Origin: Gemmatimonadales bacterium
Lineage (GTDB): Bacteria > Gemmatimonadota > Gemmatimonadetes > Gemmatimonadales > GWC2-71-9
Direction of reading: 5' to 3'
NCBI GenBank assembly: GCA_040901965.1
Contig: JBBDYB010000004.1
Span: forward strand, 4,495 to 68,494
Length of the DNA stretch: 64,000 bases
This document shows, piece after piece, positions 20,733-29,171 of this stretch. The notes below the pieces were generated by a model. It was not told the origin of the DNA, searched no databases, and saw nothing but the letters and a program-made list of their open reading frames with translations. Position numbers and translations under genes: made by a program. Numbering within the stretch: position 1 is the first letter of the stretch; each line of letters starts with the position of its first letter.

Positions 20733-21958
20733 CCGAGATCGTGACCATCACCGGTATCGCGGTCGGCGGAGACGGGGTGGGGCGGCTGGCGGACGGGCGC
20801 GCCGTCTTCGTGCCGCGCACCGCGCCCGGCGACCGGGTGCGGCTGCGGGAAGGCTCCCTCAAGCTGCACCGCAACTTCGCCCGCGCGGAGATCGGCGAGA
20901 TCGTGGAGGTGCCGCCGGGGGGGAGCCGCGTGACGCCCCCGTGCCCGCATTACGTCCACGATCACTGCGGCGGGTGTCAGCTGCAGCACCTGGCCTACGA
21001 CGTCCAGCTCGCCGCCAAGCGGGGCATCGTCGGTGACGCACTGCGCCGCATCGGGAAGCTGGATCTGCCCGATCCCGAGATCGTCGAGGCCCTGGAGGAA
21101 TGGCGGTATCGGACGAAGATCTCGATGGCAGTAAAGACGACGGTCGGACTGCATCCGTACGATAGGCCGAACTTCGTGTTTCCGCTGGCCGATTGTCATA
21201 TCACCGACTTCCGACTGATGGCCCTCTGGCGGGAGCTGCGCGGCAAGCTGGACCTGCTCCCGGAACGTCTGAGTCGGCTGACGCTGCGGCTCGACCGCGA
21301 CGGACGGCGGCACGTCATCGCCGCATCGGCCGGCGCGCCATGGCTCGACGCCGACCGGCTGCGCGGGGCGCTCCAGAATGGCGGCGGTGGAGAGATCGTG
21401 TGTTGGTGGCAGCCGGCGGAAGGAGCCGCGCGGGTCGTGGCGGGTCCGGCGACCGGCTTTCCGGCGACCGCGTTCGAGCAGGTGAATCCCGACATGGGGA
21501 TTCTGGCACGGCGCTGGGCCGTCGAGCAGCTCGGCGACATCCGCGGCCAGACGGTATGGGATCTGTACGGCGGAATCGGCGATACCGCCGCACTCCTCGT
21601 GGAGCGTGGCGCCAGCGTCGTGAGCGTGGATGCGGACGAGAAGGCGGTCACGTGGGCGCGGGACCATGTTCAAGGCGCCCGCTTCATCGCGGCGCGCGCC
21701 GAAGACGTGCTGCCGAGTCTGCCGCCGCCGCACGCCGTGGTCGTCAATCCGCCGCGCGCGGGGTTGCACTGGGATGTCACGTTGCGGCTCACCGCCGAGC
21801 CGGTGCCCAAAGTCGTGTACGTCTCGTGCGACCCGGCGACGCTCGCGCGCGATCTGCACCGGCTCAACGTGAACTATCAGGTCTCCGGCGTCAGGGCCTT
21901 CGATCTGTTCCCGCAGACGGCGCACGTGGAGACCGTGGCCGTGTTGGAGGCCGCGTGA
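20729..21958 (+). CDS. TRAM-domain, Fe-S-cluster RNA (uracil-5)-methyltransferase, RlmD/RumA-like
   Basis: GTGA overlap with accC. TRAM-like N-terminus, Cys cluster CPHYVHDHCGGCQLQH and SAM-methyltransferase motif VVVNPPRAGL. Confidence 0.75.
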   Translation: MTEIVTITGIAVGGDGVGRLADGRAVFVPRTAPGDRVRLREGSLKLHRNFARAEIGEIVEVPPGGSRVTPPCPHYVHDHCGGCQLQHLAYDVQLAAKRGIVGDALRRIGKLDLPDPEIVEALEEWRYRTKISMAVKTTVGLHPYDRPNFVFPLADCHITDFRLMALWRELRGKLDLLPERLSRLTLRLDRDGRRHVIAASAGAPWLDADRLRGALQNGGGGEIVCWWQPAEGAARVVAGPATGFPATAFEQVNPDMGILARRWAVEQLGDIRGQTVWDLYGGIGDTAALLVERGASVVSVDADEKAVTWARDHVQGARFIAARAEDVLPSLPPPHAVVVNPPRAGLHWDVTLRLTAEPVPKVVYVSCDPATLARDLHRLNVNYQVSGVRAFDLFPQTAHVETVAVLEAA

Positions 21959-21998
21959 CCCGTGCTCTGAAGAGCCGGCTTCAGCCGACGGACAACCA

Positions 21999-22511
21999 AT
22001 GAAGTATCACGTCACTCTCCGATCCCGTACGTACATTATCGACGTCGAAGGGGGCGCCGTGACGGTGGACGGCGAGCGGCTCGAGACCCACTGGGCCGCG
22101 GTGCCGGGCACGCCTCTCATTCATCTCCTGGTCGGCGGCGAGTCCTGGACCGTGGCGTGCCAGCGGCTGAGCGACAGCCGCTGGGCCCTCGGCGCCGCGG
22201 GGGAGCGGCTCGAGGTCCAAGTCCAGGACGACCGGACCAAGCAGATCGAGGCCCTCACCGGGCGGGGCGGCAAGCCGGCCCAAGGCGGCGTCGTCAAAGC
22301 GCCGATGCCCGGGTTGGTCGTGCGCGTCGAAGTGACCGTGGGACAGACGGTCGAGGCGGGCGCCGGATTGGTCGTCGTGGAAGCCATGAAGATGGAAAAC
22401 GAGCTGCGGGCACTGTACCGCGGGGTCGTCGAGCAGATCCACGTCGGTGCCGGCCAGCGCGTGGAGAAAGGCGCGCCGCTCGTCACACTAACCGCGCAAG
22501 CCTCGGGTTGA
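21999..22511 (+). CDS. Biotin carboxyl carrier / biotinyl-domain protein
   Basis: C-terminal biotinyl domain with EAMKMENEL. Confidence 0.8.
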   Translation: MKYHVTLRSRTYIIDVEGGAVTVDGERLETHWAAVPGTPLIHLLVGGESWTVACQRLSDSRWALGAAGERLEVQVQDDRTKQIEALTGRGGKPAQGGVVKAPMPGLVVRVEVTVGQTVEAGAGLVVVEAMKMENELRALYRGVVEQIHVGAGQRVEKGAPLVTLTAQASG

Positions 22512-22569
22512 CTAGCCCTTACGGCCCGGGTATTGTTCGCGTCTGTCAAAATCCAGGGCACCGAGGGGC

Positions 22570-23013
22570 ATGAAGACGTACACGTTGAAGTCGCAGGATA
22601 TCGAGCGTCGCTGGTGGGTCGTGGACGCGGCGGGACAGCCGCTGGGCCGGCTCGCGAGCCGCATCGCGCAGATCCTGCGTGGCAAACACAAGCCGACCTT
22701 TACGCCGTACGTGAACGGCGGCGACTTCGTCATCGTCGTCAACGCCGAACGGGTCCAGCTGACGGGCCGCAAGGTGGAGCAGAAGCGCTACTTCCGCCAC
22801 ACCGGCTACATGGGTCACGAGCGGTTCACGCCGGTGCAGAAGATGCTCGGCAAGCACCCCGAGCGGGTGATCGAGAAGGCGGTGTGGGGGATGCTGCCCA
22901 AGACGACGTTGTCGCGCCAACACGTGAAGCAGATGCTGAAGGTGTACGCGGGGCCGGAGCATCCGCACGCCGCGCAGCAGCCCACGCCGCTGGTGGCGGA
23001 GGCAGCCAAGTGA
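22570..23013 (+). CDS. rplM: 50S ribosomal protein L13
   Basis: MKTYTLKSQDIERRWWVVDAAGQPLGRLASRIAQILRGKHKPTFTP. Confidence 0.95.
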   Translation: MKTYTLKSQDIERRWWVVDAAGQPLGRLASRIAQILRGKHKPTFTPYVNGGDFVIVVNAERVQLTGRKVEQKRYFRHTGYMGHERFTPVQKMLGKHPERVIEKAVWGMLPKTTLSRQHVKQMLKVYAGPEHPHAAQQPTPLVAEAAK

Positions 23014-23414
23014 CGGTCATCCAACCGGAGCTCCGCTGGCACGCGATCGGGCGTCGCAAGCTGGGCATCGCGCGCGTCTACCTGACCCCGGGCTCGGGAA
23101 AGTGGAACATCAATGGGCGCACGCTGGGCGACTATTTCCCCCGGCCGTCGCTCGTGAGTCACATTCAACAGCCGTTTACCGCCACGGACACGCTGGGCGC
23201 ATTCGACGTGAAGGCGCGCGTCGTGGGCGGCGGGCTGACCGGTCAGGCAGGCGCCCTGCGCCTCGGCATCGCCCGGGCGCTGATGCTGGCCGACGACCGG
23301 CATCGCAAGAAGCTCCGAGAGCAGGGCCTGTTGACGCGCGATCCGCGGGCGGTGGAGCGCAAGAAGCCCGGCCGCGCCGGCGCGCGCAAGCGGTTCCAAT
23401 TTAGCAAGCGGTAA
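23010..23414 (+). CDS. rpsI: 30S ribosomal protein S9
   Basis: GTGA overlap with rplM. GGGLTGQAGALRLGIARAL, ending KRFQFSKR. Confidence 0.9.
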   Translation: MTVIQPELRWHAIGRRKLGIARVYLTPGSGKWNINGRTLGDYFPRPSLVSHIQQPFTATDTLGAFDVKARVVGGGLTGQAGALRLGIARALMLADDRHRKKLREQGLLTRDPRAVERKKPGRAGARKRFQFSKR

Positions 23415-23477
23415 TCGGTCGTCGGTCGTCGGTCGCGGGTTGCCGATAACCGAGAACCGACAACCGACAACCGACGA
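23415..23477 (+). repeat. Nine in-phase heptamers forming a long imperfect hairpin immediately after the rpsI stop
   Basis: TCGGTCG x3, CGGGTTG, CCGATAA, CCGAGAA, CCGACAA x2, CCGACGA. The left arm is complementary (with G-U pairs and mismatches) to the right arm. An A-run follows. Confidence 0.8.
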
Positions 23478-23498
23478 CAAAAACCACACGCTGCTTGA

Positions 23499-23537
23499 TT
23501 CGGTGTTGGGTCCCCGTCAGCACGGGGTGGCACCGAA
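23499..23537 (+). promoter_or_regulatory. Nested stem-loop in the rpsB leader
   Basis: TTCGGTG...CACCGAA encloses CCCCGT-CAGC-ACGGGG, 40 nt upstream of the rpsB ATG. Function unknown. Confidence 0.3.
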
Positions 23538-23576
23538 GGTGAGAGCAGCGGCGGAAACAACCCGGAAAGGGAGTGC

Positions 23577-24467
23577 ATGAGTCAGCCTCAGTTGCAGGAG
23601 TTGTTGGAAGCAGGTGTCCATTTCGGCCATCAGACCCGCCGCTGGAATCCCAAGATGCGGCGGTTCATCTTCGCCGAGCGTTCCGGCATCTACATCATCG
23701 ATCTCCAGAAGACCCTTCGTCAGCTCGAGGCGGCGCAGGAGCTGCTGCGCAGCGTCGTGCTCAGAGGCGAAGGCGTGCTCTTCGTGTGTACCAAGAAGCA
23801 GCTGAAGGGTATTCTCGAGGCGGAGGCCAAGCGCTGCAACGCGTTCTACGTCACGGAGCGCTGGCTGGGCGGCACCCTGACGAACTTCCAGACGATCAAG
23901 AAGCAGATCAAGCGGCTCAAGGAGCTGGAGCAGGGCGCGGCGGACGGCGACTTCACGAATTACACCAAGAAAGAGCAGCTGCTGTTCGACCGCGAGCGGG
24001 CGAAGCTCGACAAGAACCTCGCGGGTATCAAGAACCTGGGCCGGCTGCCCGGCGCGCTGTTCATCGTGGACGCCAAGAAGGAGCGCATCGCGGTGGCGGA
24101 GGCGAACAAGCTCGGGATTCCGGTGGTGGCGATCGTGGATACGAACGCCGACCCCGATCTGATCACGGTTCCGATTCCCGGCAACGACGACGCGATCCGG
24201 GCGGTCTCGCTCATCACGAACTCGATTGCCGATGTGATCGGCGAAGCGCGGCGCCAGATCCCGCTGCGCGACGCGGGGGAAGAGGGTGAGGGGACCACGT
24301 ACTCGACCGAAACCGGCGTCGAAGCCGAAGTGGATGGCGACAAGAAGAAGCGGCCGGCGCGGCGCAAGCGGCGGCCCAAGCCGGAAGCGATCGCCGCCCG
24401 GCTGAAGTCGGACGAGGCCCCGGCCCCGGCAGAGCCCGTCACCGGGGGGGGCGGGGGCGAGGCGTAG
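23577..24467 (+). CDS. rpsB: 30S ribosomal protein S2
   Basis: MSQPQLQELLEAGVHFGHQTRRWNPKM... with a charged C-terminal tail. Confidence 0.95.
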   Translation: MSQPQLQELLEAGVHFGHQTRRWNPKMRRFIFAERSGIYIIDLQKTLRQLEAAQELLRSVVLRGEGVLFVCTKKQLKGILEAEAKRCNAFYVTERWLGGTLTNFQTIKKQIKRLKELEQGAADGDFTNYTKKEQLLFDRERAKLDKNLAGIKNLGRLPGALFIVDAKKERIAVAEANKLGIPVVAIVDTNADPDLITVPIPGNDDAIRAVSLITNSIADVIGEARRQIPLRDAGEEGEGTTYSTETGVEAEVDGDKKKRPARRKRRPKPEAIAARLKSDEAPAPAEPVTGGGGGEA

Positions 24468-24490
24468 CCACCCGCGGATGAACCACCGAC

Positions 24491-24530
24491 CGCCGCCCCC
24501 GGGCTCCACGGCGCGAGGGCGGCGTTTTTA
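24491..24530 (+). terminator. Intrinsic terminator after rpsB
   Basis: CGCCGCCC (24491-24498) pairs with GGGCGGCG (24517-24524), followed by TTTTTA. Confidence 0.8.
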
Positions 24531-24546
24531 TGAGGAGTGATAGGAA

Positions 24547-25158
24547 ATGAGTACGAAGACGTCAGCGATTACGGCGCAGCAGGTCGCCGAGCTCCGCGCC
24601 AAGACCGGCGCGGGGATGATGGACTGCAAGAAGGCGCTCGAGGAATCGGGCGGCGATATGGCCAAGGCGGAAGACCTCCTGCGCGTCAAGTATGCCGCCC
24701 GGGCGGACAAGCGGGCCGACCGCGCCGCCGCGGAAGGCGTCATCGAGATCTACCTGCACTTCAACGGCCGCGTCGCGACGATGGTCGAGCTGAATTCCGA
24801 GACCGACTTCGTCGCCAACACGGCGGAATTCAAGCAGCTGGCCAAGGACCTGGCGCTGCACGTCGCGTCGGCGCGGCCGATCGCGGTGCGCATCGAGGAC
24901 GTGCCGGCGGACGTCGTCGAGCGGGAGCGGCGCGTGTACGCCGCGCAGGTCGCCGAGGAAAAGAAGCCCGAGGCGGTGAAGGAGAAGATCGTCGAGGGCA
25001 AGCTCCGGAAGTTCTACCAGGAGAACGTGCTGCTCGAGCAGCCGTTCGTGAAGGACGACAAGGTCACGGTCGGCGACCTGGTGAAGGCTCTTTCGGGAAA
25101 AACGGGGGAGAAGGTACAGGTACGGCGGTTTGCAAGGTTTGAATTGGGAGGGAATTAA
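24547..25158 (+). CDS. tsf: Elongation factor Ts (short form)
   Basis: N-terminal ITAQQVAELRAKTGAGMMDCKKALEESGGDMAKAEDLLR. Confidence 0.9.
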   Translation: MSTKTSAITAQQVAELRAKTGAGMMDCKKALEESGGDMAKAEDLLRVKYAARADKRADRAAAEGVIEIYLHFNGRVATMVELNSETDFVANTAEFKQLAKDLALHVASARPIAVRIEDVPADVVERERRVYAAQVAEEKKPEAVKEKIVEGKLRKFYQENVLLEQPFVKDDKVTVGDLVKALSGKTGEKVQVRRFARFELGGN

Positions 25159-25872
25159 GTGCCGAGGCTCGCGTACGCGCGCGTGCTCCTCAAGATTTCC
25201 GGGGAGGCGTTCGCGGGCGGGCGCGCGTCCGGCATCGACTTCGGCGTCATTGACCGCCTCACCGACGAGCTGAAGAGCGTCGCGGCCACCGGGGTGCAGC
25301 TCGGCCTGGTGGTCGGCGGCGGCAACATCCTGCGGGGGACGACCGCCAGCCAGCAGGGGATGGACCGCGTGTCGGCCGACTACATGGGGATGCTGGCCAC
25401 GGTCATCAATGCGCTCGCGCTCCAGGACATCCTGGAGAAGAAGGGCGTGGACACGCGGGTGATGACCGCGATCCGCATGGAGGAGCTCGCCGAGCCCTAC
25501 ATCCGGCGGCGCGCGTTGCGCCATCTCGAGAAGGGCCGCATGGTGATCTTCGCGGGCGGCACCGGCAACCCGTACTTTTCGACCGACACGGCGGCGGTGC
25601 TGCGGGCGCTCGAGACCGAGGCGCAGGCCATCTTGAAGGCGACGAACGTGGACGGCGTCTATACGGCGGACCCGAAGCGGGATCCCGGCGCGAAATTCAT
25701 CCCCGAGCTGACGTTCCAGGAGGCAATCGTGAAGGGCTACGCGGTGATGGATGCCAACGCGTTCGGGCTGTGCAAGGAGAACAAGCTGCCTATCGTGGTG
25801 TTCAACATCAACCAGCCCGGCGCGACGGCCAGAGTGCTGGCCGGAGAGCGCGTCGGCACGATCGTCCAATGA
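25159..25872 (+). CDS. pyrH: UMP kinase
   Basis: [10 protein letters not shown] and GGGNILRG motifs. GTG start directly after the tsf stop. Confidence 0.9.
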   Translation: MPRLAYARVLLKISGEAFAGGRASGIDFGVIDRLTDELKSVAATGVQLGLVVGGGNILRGTTASQQGMDRVSADYMGMLATVINALALQDILEKKGVDTRVMTAIRMEELAEPYIRRRALRHLEKGRMVIFAGGTGNPYFSTDTAAVLRALETEAQAILKATNVDGVYTADPKRDPGAKFIPELTFQEAIVKGYAVMDANAFGLCKENKLPIVVFNINQPGATARVLAGERVGTIVQ

Positions 25873-26435
25873 CCCCTGCCACTCCCACGCTGGCCGATCA
25901 CGTCAAACACGCGAAGCAGCTCATGGGCAAGGCAGTCGAAGCGGTGAAGCGGGAATTCTCGACCGTGCGCACCGGCAAGGCCACCACCGCGCTGCTCGAT
26001 CTGGTGCGCGTCGAGGCGTACGGGAACGAGATGCCGCTGACGCAGGTCGCCAGCGTCGCCGCCCCGGAGCCCAAGCTCCTCACCATCCAGCCGTGGGACA
26101 AGAGCCTGCTGAAAGCCGTCGAGAAGGGAATTCTCGCGTCCGACCTCGGGCTGACCCCCTCGAACGACGGCAACATGATCCGCATCCCGATCCCCCCGCT
26201 GACGGAGGAACGTCGCAAGGAACTGGTGAAGGTCATTCACAAGTTCGCGGAAGAAGGCCGCGTCGCGATCCGCCACGCGCGCACAGAGACCATGAACCGT
26301 ATAAAAAAGACGGAGCATGTTTCTTCTGATGATCAGAAACATGCTGAAAAAGACGTACAAAAAATTCACGACGAGCACCTGAAGGCCGTGGACGCGGCGG
26401 TCAAGTCCAAGGAAGCGGAGATCATGGAAGTCTGA
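25869..26435 (+). CDS. frr: Ribosome recycling factor
   Basis: ATGA overlap with pyrH. ...[21 protein letters not shown]... is typical of RRF. Confidence 0.9.
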   Translation: MTPATPTLADHVKHAKQLMGKAVEAVKREFSTVRTGKATTALLDLVRVEAYGNEMPLTQVASVAAPEPKLLTIQPWDKSLLKAVEKGILASDLGLTPSNDGNMIRIPIPPLTEERRKELVKVIHKFAEEGRVAIRHARTETMNRIKKTEHVSSDDQKHAEKDVQKIHDEHLKAVDAAVKSKEAEIMEV

Positions 26436-27175
26436 TGGACGACCTGCTGGGGCGCATCAAGATGCTGGGCGCGGTCCCGCGCCACGTCGCCATCATCATG
26501 GATGGGAACGGGCGGTGGGCCCGCGAACGCCGGTTACCGCGCCCGTTCGGGCATCGCGAGGGGATGAAGGCGGTGCGGGAGACCGTGGAGGGAGCGATCG
26601 AAGCGGGCGTGGGCGTGCTCACCTTGTTCGCCTTCTCCGAAGAGAACTGGAAGCGCCCGCCCACCGAGATCTCGGCGCTCATGGACCTGCTCGAGGAGTA
26701 CATCGCACGCGAGGCGGCGGAGCTGCGCCAGCAAGGCGTCGCGGTGCATGTGCTCGGCGACCGCAGCCGCCTGATTCCCACGGGGCGCGAGGCGGTCGAG
26801 CGCGTGGAGCGCGAAACGGCAGCGGGGAGCACGCTGTCGCTCAACCTGTGCATCTCCTATTCCTCGCGCGGCGAAATCGCCCGCGCCGCGCGCCTGCTCG
26901 CCGAGGAGGTCCTCAAAGGCACGACGAAGCTCGAGGAGATCGACGAGGACGCGATTCGGGGCAAGCTCTACACGGCGCCCTGGGGCGACCCGGACCTGTT
27001 GATCCGGACCTCCGGCGAGCAGCGGCTCTCGAATTTCCTGCTCTGGCAGCTCGCGTACACGGAGCTGTACATCACCCCGGTGCTGTGGCCCGATTTCAAT
27101 CGCCGCACGTTGTTCGAAGCCATCCTCGATTATCAGGGGCGCGAGCGCCGGTTCGGCAAAGTCACCGCGCTGTAA
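26435..27175 (+). CDS. uppS: Undecaprenyl diphosphate synthase
   Basis: HVAIIMDGNGRWA and RTSGEQRLSNFLLWQ motifs. Confidence 0.9.
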   Translation: MDDLLGRIKMLGAVPRHVAIIMDGNGRWARERRLPRPFGHREGMKAVRETVEGAIEAGVGVLTLFAFSEENWKRPPTEISALMDLLEEYIAREAAELRQQGVAVHVLGDRSRLIPTGREAVERVERETAAGSTLSLNLCISYSSRGEIARAARLLAEEVLKGTTKLEEIDEDAIRGKLYTAPWGDPDLLIRTSGEQRLSNFLLWQLAYTELYITPVLWPDFNRRTLFEAILDYQGRERRFGKVTAL

Positions 27176-28026
27176 TGGCCTCCTCCCCCCCCAACAACCT
27201 GGCGCAGCGCATCGTCGTTGCGGCCATCGCCATTCCCCTCGTCATCGGCTTGATCTGGCTGGGGGGCTGGCCGCTCGCCGCTACGCTCGCGGTGCTGGGC
27301 GTGTTGGGCACGCGCGAGATCTACGATCTGGCGCGCCGTCAGGGAATCGAGCCGCTCGACGAAACGGGCTGGCTGGCCGCGGCCGCGATTCCGCTGCTCG
27401 CGTACTGGGCCAAGGGGCCGGCGTTGTACATGGGGGCGCTGTGGCTCATGGCGGTGCTCGTCGTGGCGATGATCCGGCGCGGGCCCGCGGGCCGGCCGCT
27501 CACGAGCGTGTCCGTGACGGTGTTCGGGTCCCTGTATGCGTCCGGCCTGCTCGCGTTTCTCATCGCCATTCGCCACGGCGGCAACGCCGAAAATCGGCCC
27601 GCGGCCTACGCGTCGCTGACCCTGTTTCCGCTCGTCATCACGTGGATCTGTGACACCGCCGCGATGGCGGCGGGGTCCGCGATCGGCGGGCCCAAGCTCG
27701 CGCCGGTGCTGTCGCCCAAGAAGACTCATGCCGGCGCCATCGGCGGGACACTCGGCGGGGTGGTCGCGGCGGTCGTCCTGGGCAAGCTGGTCCTCAACCG
27801 TCAGGGGTGGAACTTCAGCGTCGCCCAGCTGCTGCTGTTTGGGCTGGCCGTGTCGGTGGTGGGGCAGGTGGGAGACGTCGCCGAGTCGCTCTTCAAGCGG
27901 GAAGCGGGCGTGAAGGACTCGTCGTCGCTCATCCCCGGGCATGGCGGGGTGCTGGATCGGCTCGATTCGCTGTACTTCGTGATTCCGGCGGCGGCGGGAT
28001 TGTACCGTATGTTCGGTGTGATATGA
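27175..28026 (+). CDS. cdsA: Phosphatidate cytidylyltransferase
   Basis: TAATG overlap with uppS. Multi-TM protein with signature SLFKREAGVKDSSSLIPGHGGVLDRLDS. Confidence 0.85.
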   Translation: MASSPPNNLAQRIVVAAIAIPLVIGLIWLGGWPLAATLAVLGVLGTREIYDLARRQGIEPLDETGWLAAAAIPLLAYWAKGPALYMGALWLMAVLVVAMIRRGPAGRPLTSVSVTVFGSLYASGLLAFLIAIRHGGNAENRPAAYASLTLFPLVITWICDTAAMAAGSAIGGPKLAPVLSPKKTHAGAIGGTLGGVVAAVVLGKLVLNRQGWNFSVAQLLLFGLAVSVVGQVGDVAESLFKREAGVKDSSSLIPGHGGVLDRLDSLYFVIPAAAGLYRMFGVI

Positions 28027-29171
28027 ACGCCTCCGCGGTCCCCGTCGGCGTCGCCATCCTCGGATCCACCGGGTCCATCGGCCGGTCCACGCTGCAAGTG
28101 CTCGCGCGCCAGCGGGAGCGGTTCCGCGTCGTGGCGCTCACCGCGCACTCCAATGGCGAGCTGCTCGCCAGCCAGGCAAAGGAGTGGAAGCCGGACTACG
28201 TCGGGCTGGTGAATGGAGGAAGCGGGGAGCCGGGAGCAGGGAGCGGAAAAGGCGCTGCGTGTCTTGTCGAGGCCGCGACGCATCCCGACGTGCGGATCGT
28301 CGTGAACGGGATCGTCGGGGCCGCGGGACTCGAGGCGACGCTGGCGGCGCTGCGGGCGGGCAAGCGCGTCGCGCTCGCGAACAAGGAAACGCTGGTCATG
28401 GCGGGCGAGCTGGTCACGCGAGCCGCGCGCGAGGGGGGCGGGGAGATCGTCCCCGTGGACTCCGAGCACAGCGCCGTGCTCCAGTGCGTGACCGGCCGGC
28501 GTCCCGCGGAGCTGGCGCGCCTGATCCTGACGGCCTCCGGCGGTCCGTTCCGTACCTGGGAGCCGGATCGGATCGCGCGGGCCACGGTCGCCGAGGCGCT
28601 GCGGCACCCGACATGGTCCATGGGGAAGAAGATCACTGTGGACTCGGCGACACTTGTGAACAAGGCCCTCGAGGTCATTGAGGCCCATTTCCTGTTCGGC
28701 GTGGGGTACGATCAGGTGGACGTCGTCGTCCACCCGCAGTCCGTGATTCACGCCTTCGCCGAGTTCGTGGACGGTTCGGTGCTGGCGCAGGTGGGATTCC
28801 CGACCATGGAGCTGCCGATTCTCTACGCGCTAACCCATCCGGACCGAGTTCCCGATTCGGGCGTTCGCCGGTTCGACCCCATCGCGGCTGGAGCTCTCAC
28901 GTTTGAGGCGGTGCAGCCGGGGCGGTTCCCGGCGTATGCCGTCGGTCGCGCAGCGGCGCGCGCGGGGGGCACCGCGCCCGCCATGTTCAACGCCGCCAAC
29001 GAGGTCGCCGTGCAGCTGTTCCTCGAGGAGCGGATCCCCTTCGGCCGCATCGCGGAGGTGCTCCAAGAAGTCGTAGACAAGGGACGTTCCGGAGACGCGA
29101 GCTCGCTCGCCGGGGTGCTCGCCGCCGACGCGGAAGCGCGCCGGCTGGCGCGGGAGGCCGCATGCTCCTGA
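28023..29171 (+). CDS. dxr: 1-deoxy-D-xylulose 5-phosphate reductoisomerase
   Basis: ATGA overlap with cdsA. ILGSTGSIGRSTL and AGKRVALANKETLV motifs. Contains the heptamer array at 28215..28246. Confidence 0.9.
   Translation: MNASAVPVGVAILGSTGSIGRSTLQVLARQRERFRVVALTAHSNGELLASQAKEWKPDYVGLVNGGSGEPGAGSGKGAACLVEAATHPDVRIVVNGIVGAAGLEATLAALRAGKRVALANKETLVMAGELVTRAAREGGGEIVPVDSEHSAVLQCVTGRRPAELARLILTASGGPFRTWEPDRIARATVAEALRHPTWSMGKKITVDSATLVNKALEVIEAHFLFGVGYDQVDVVVHPQSVIHAFAEFVDGSVLAQVGFPTMELPILYALTHPDRVPDSGVRRFDPIAAGALTFEAVQPGRFPAYAVGRAAARAGGTAPAMFNAANEVAVQLFLEERIPFGRIAEVLQEVVDKGRSGDASSLAGVLAADAEARRLAREAACS
28215..28246 (+). repeat. (NGGGAGC)3 G-rich heptamer array inside dxr
   Basis: GGAGGAAGC GGGGAGC CGGGAGC AGGGAGC GG. 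Encodes GGSGEPGAGSG. Confidence 0.8.
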
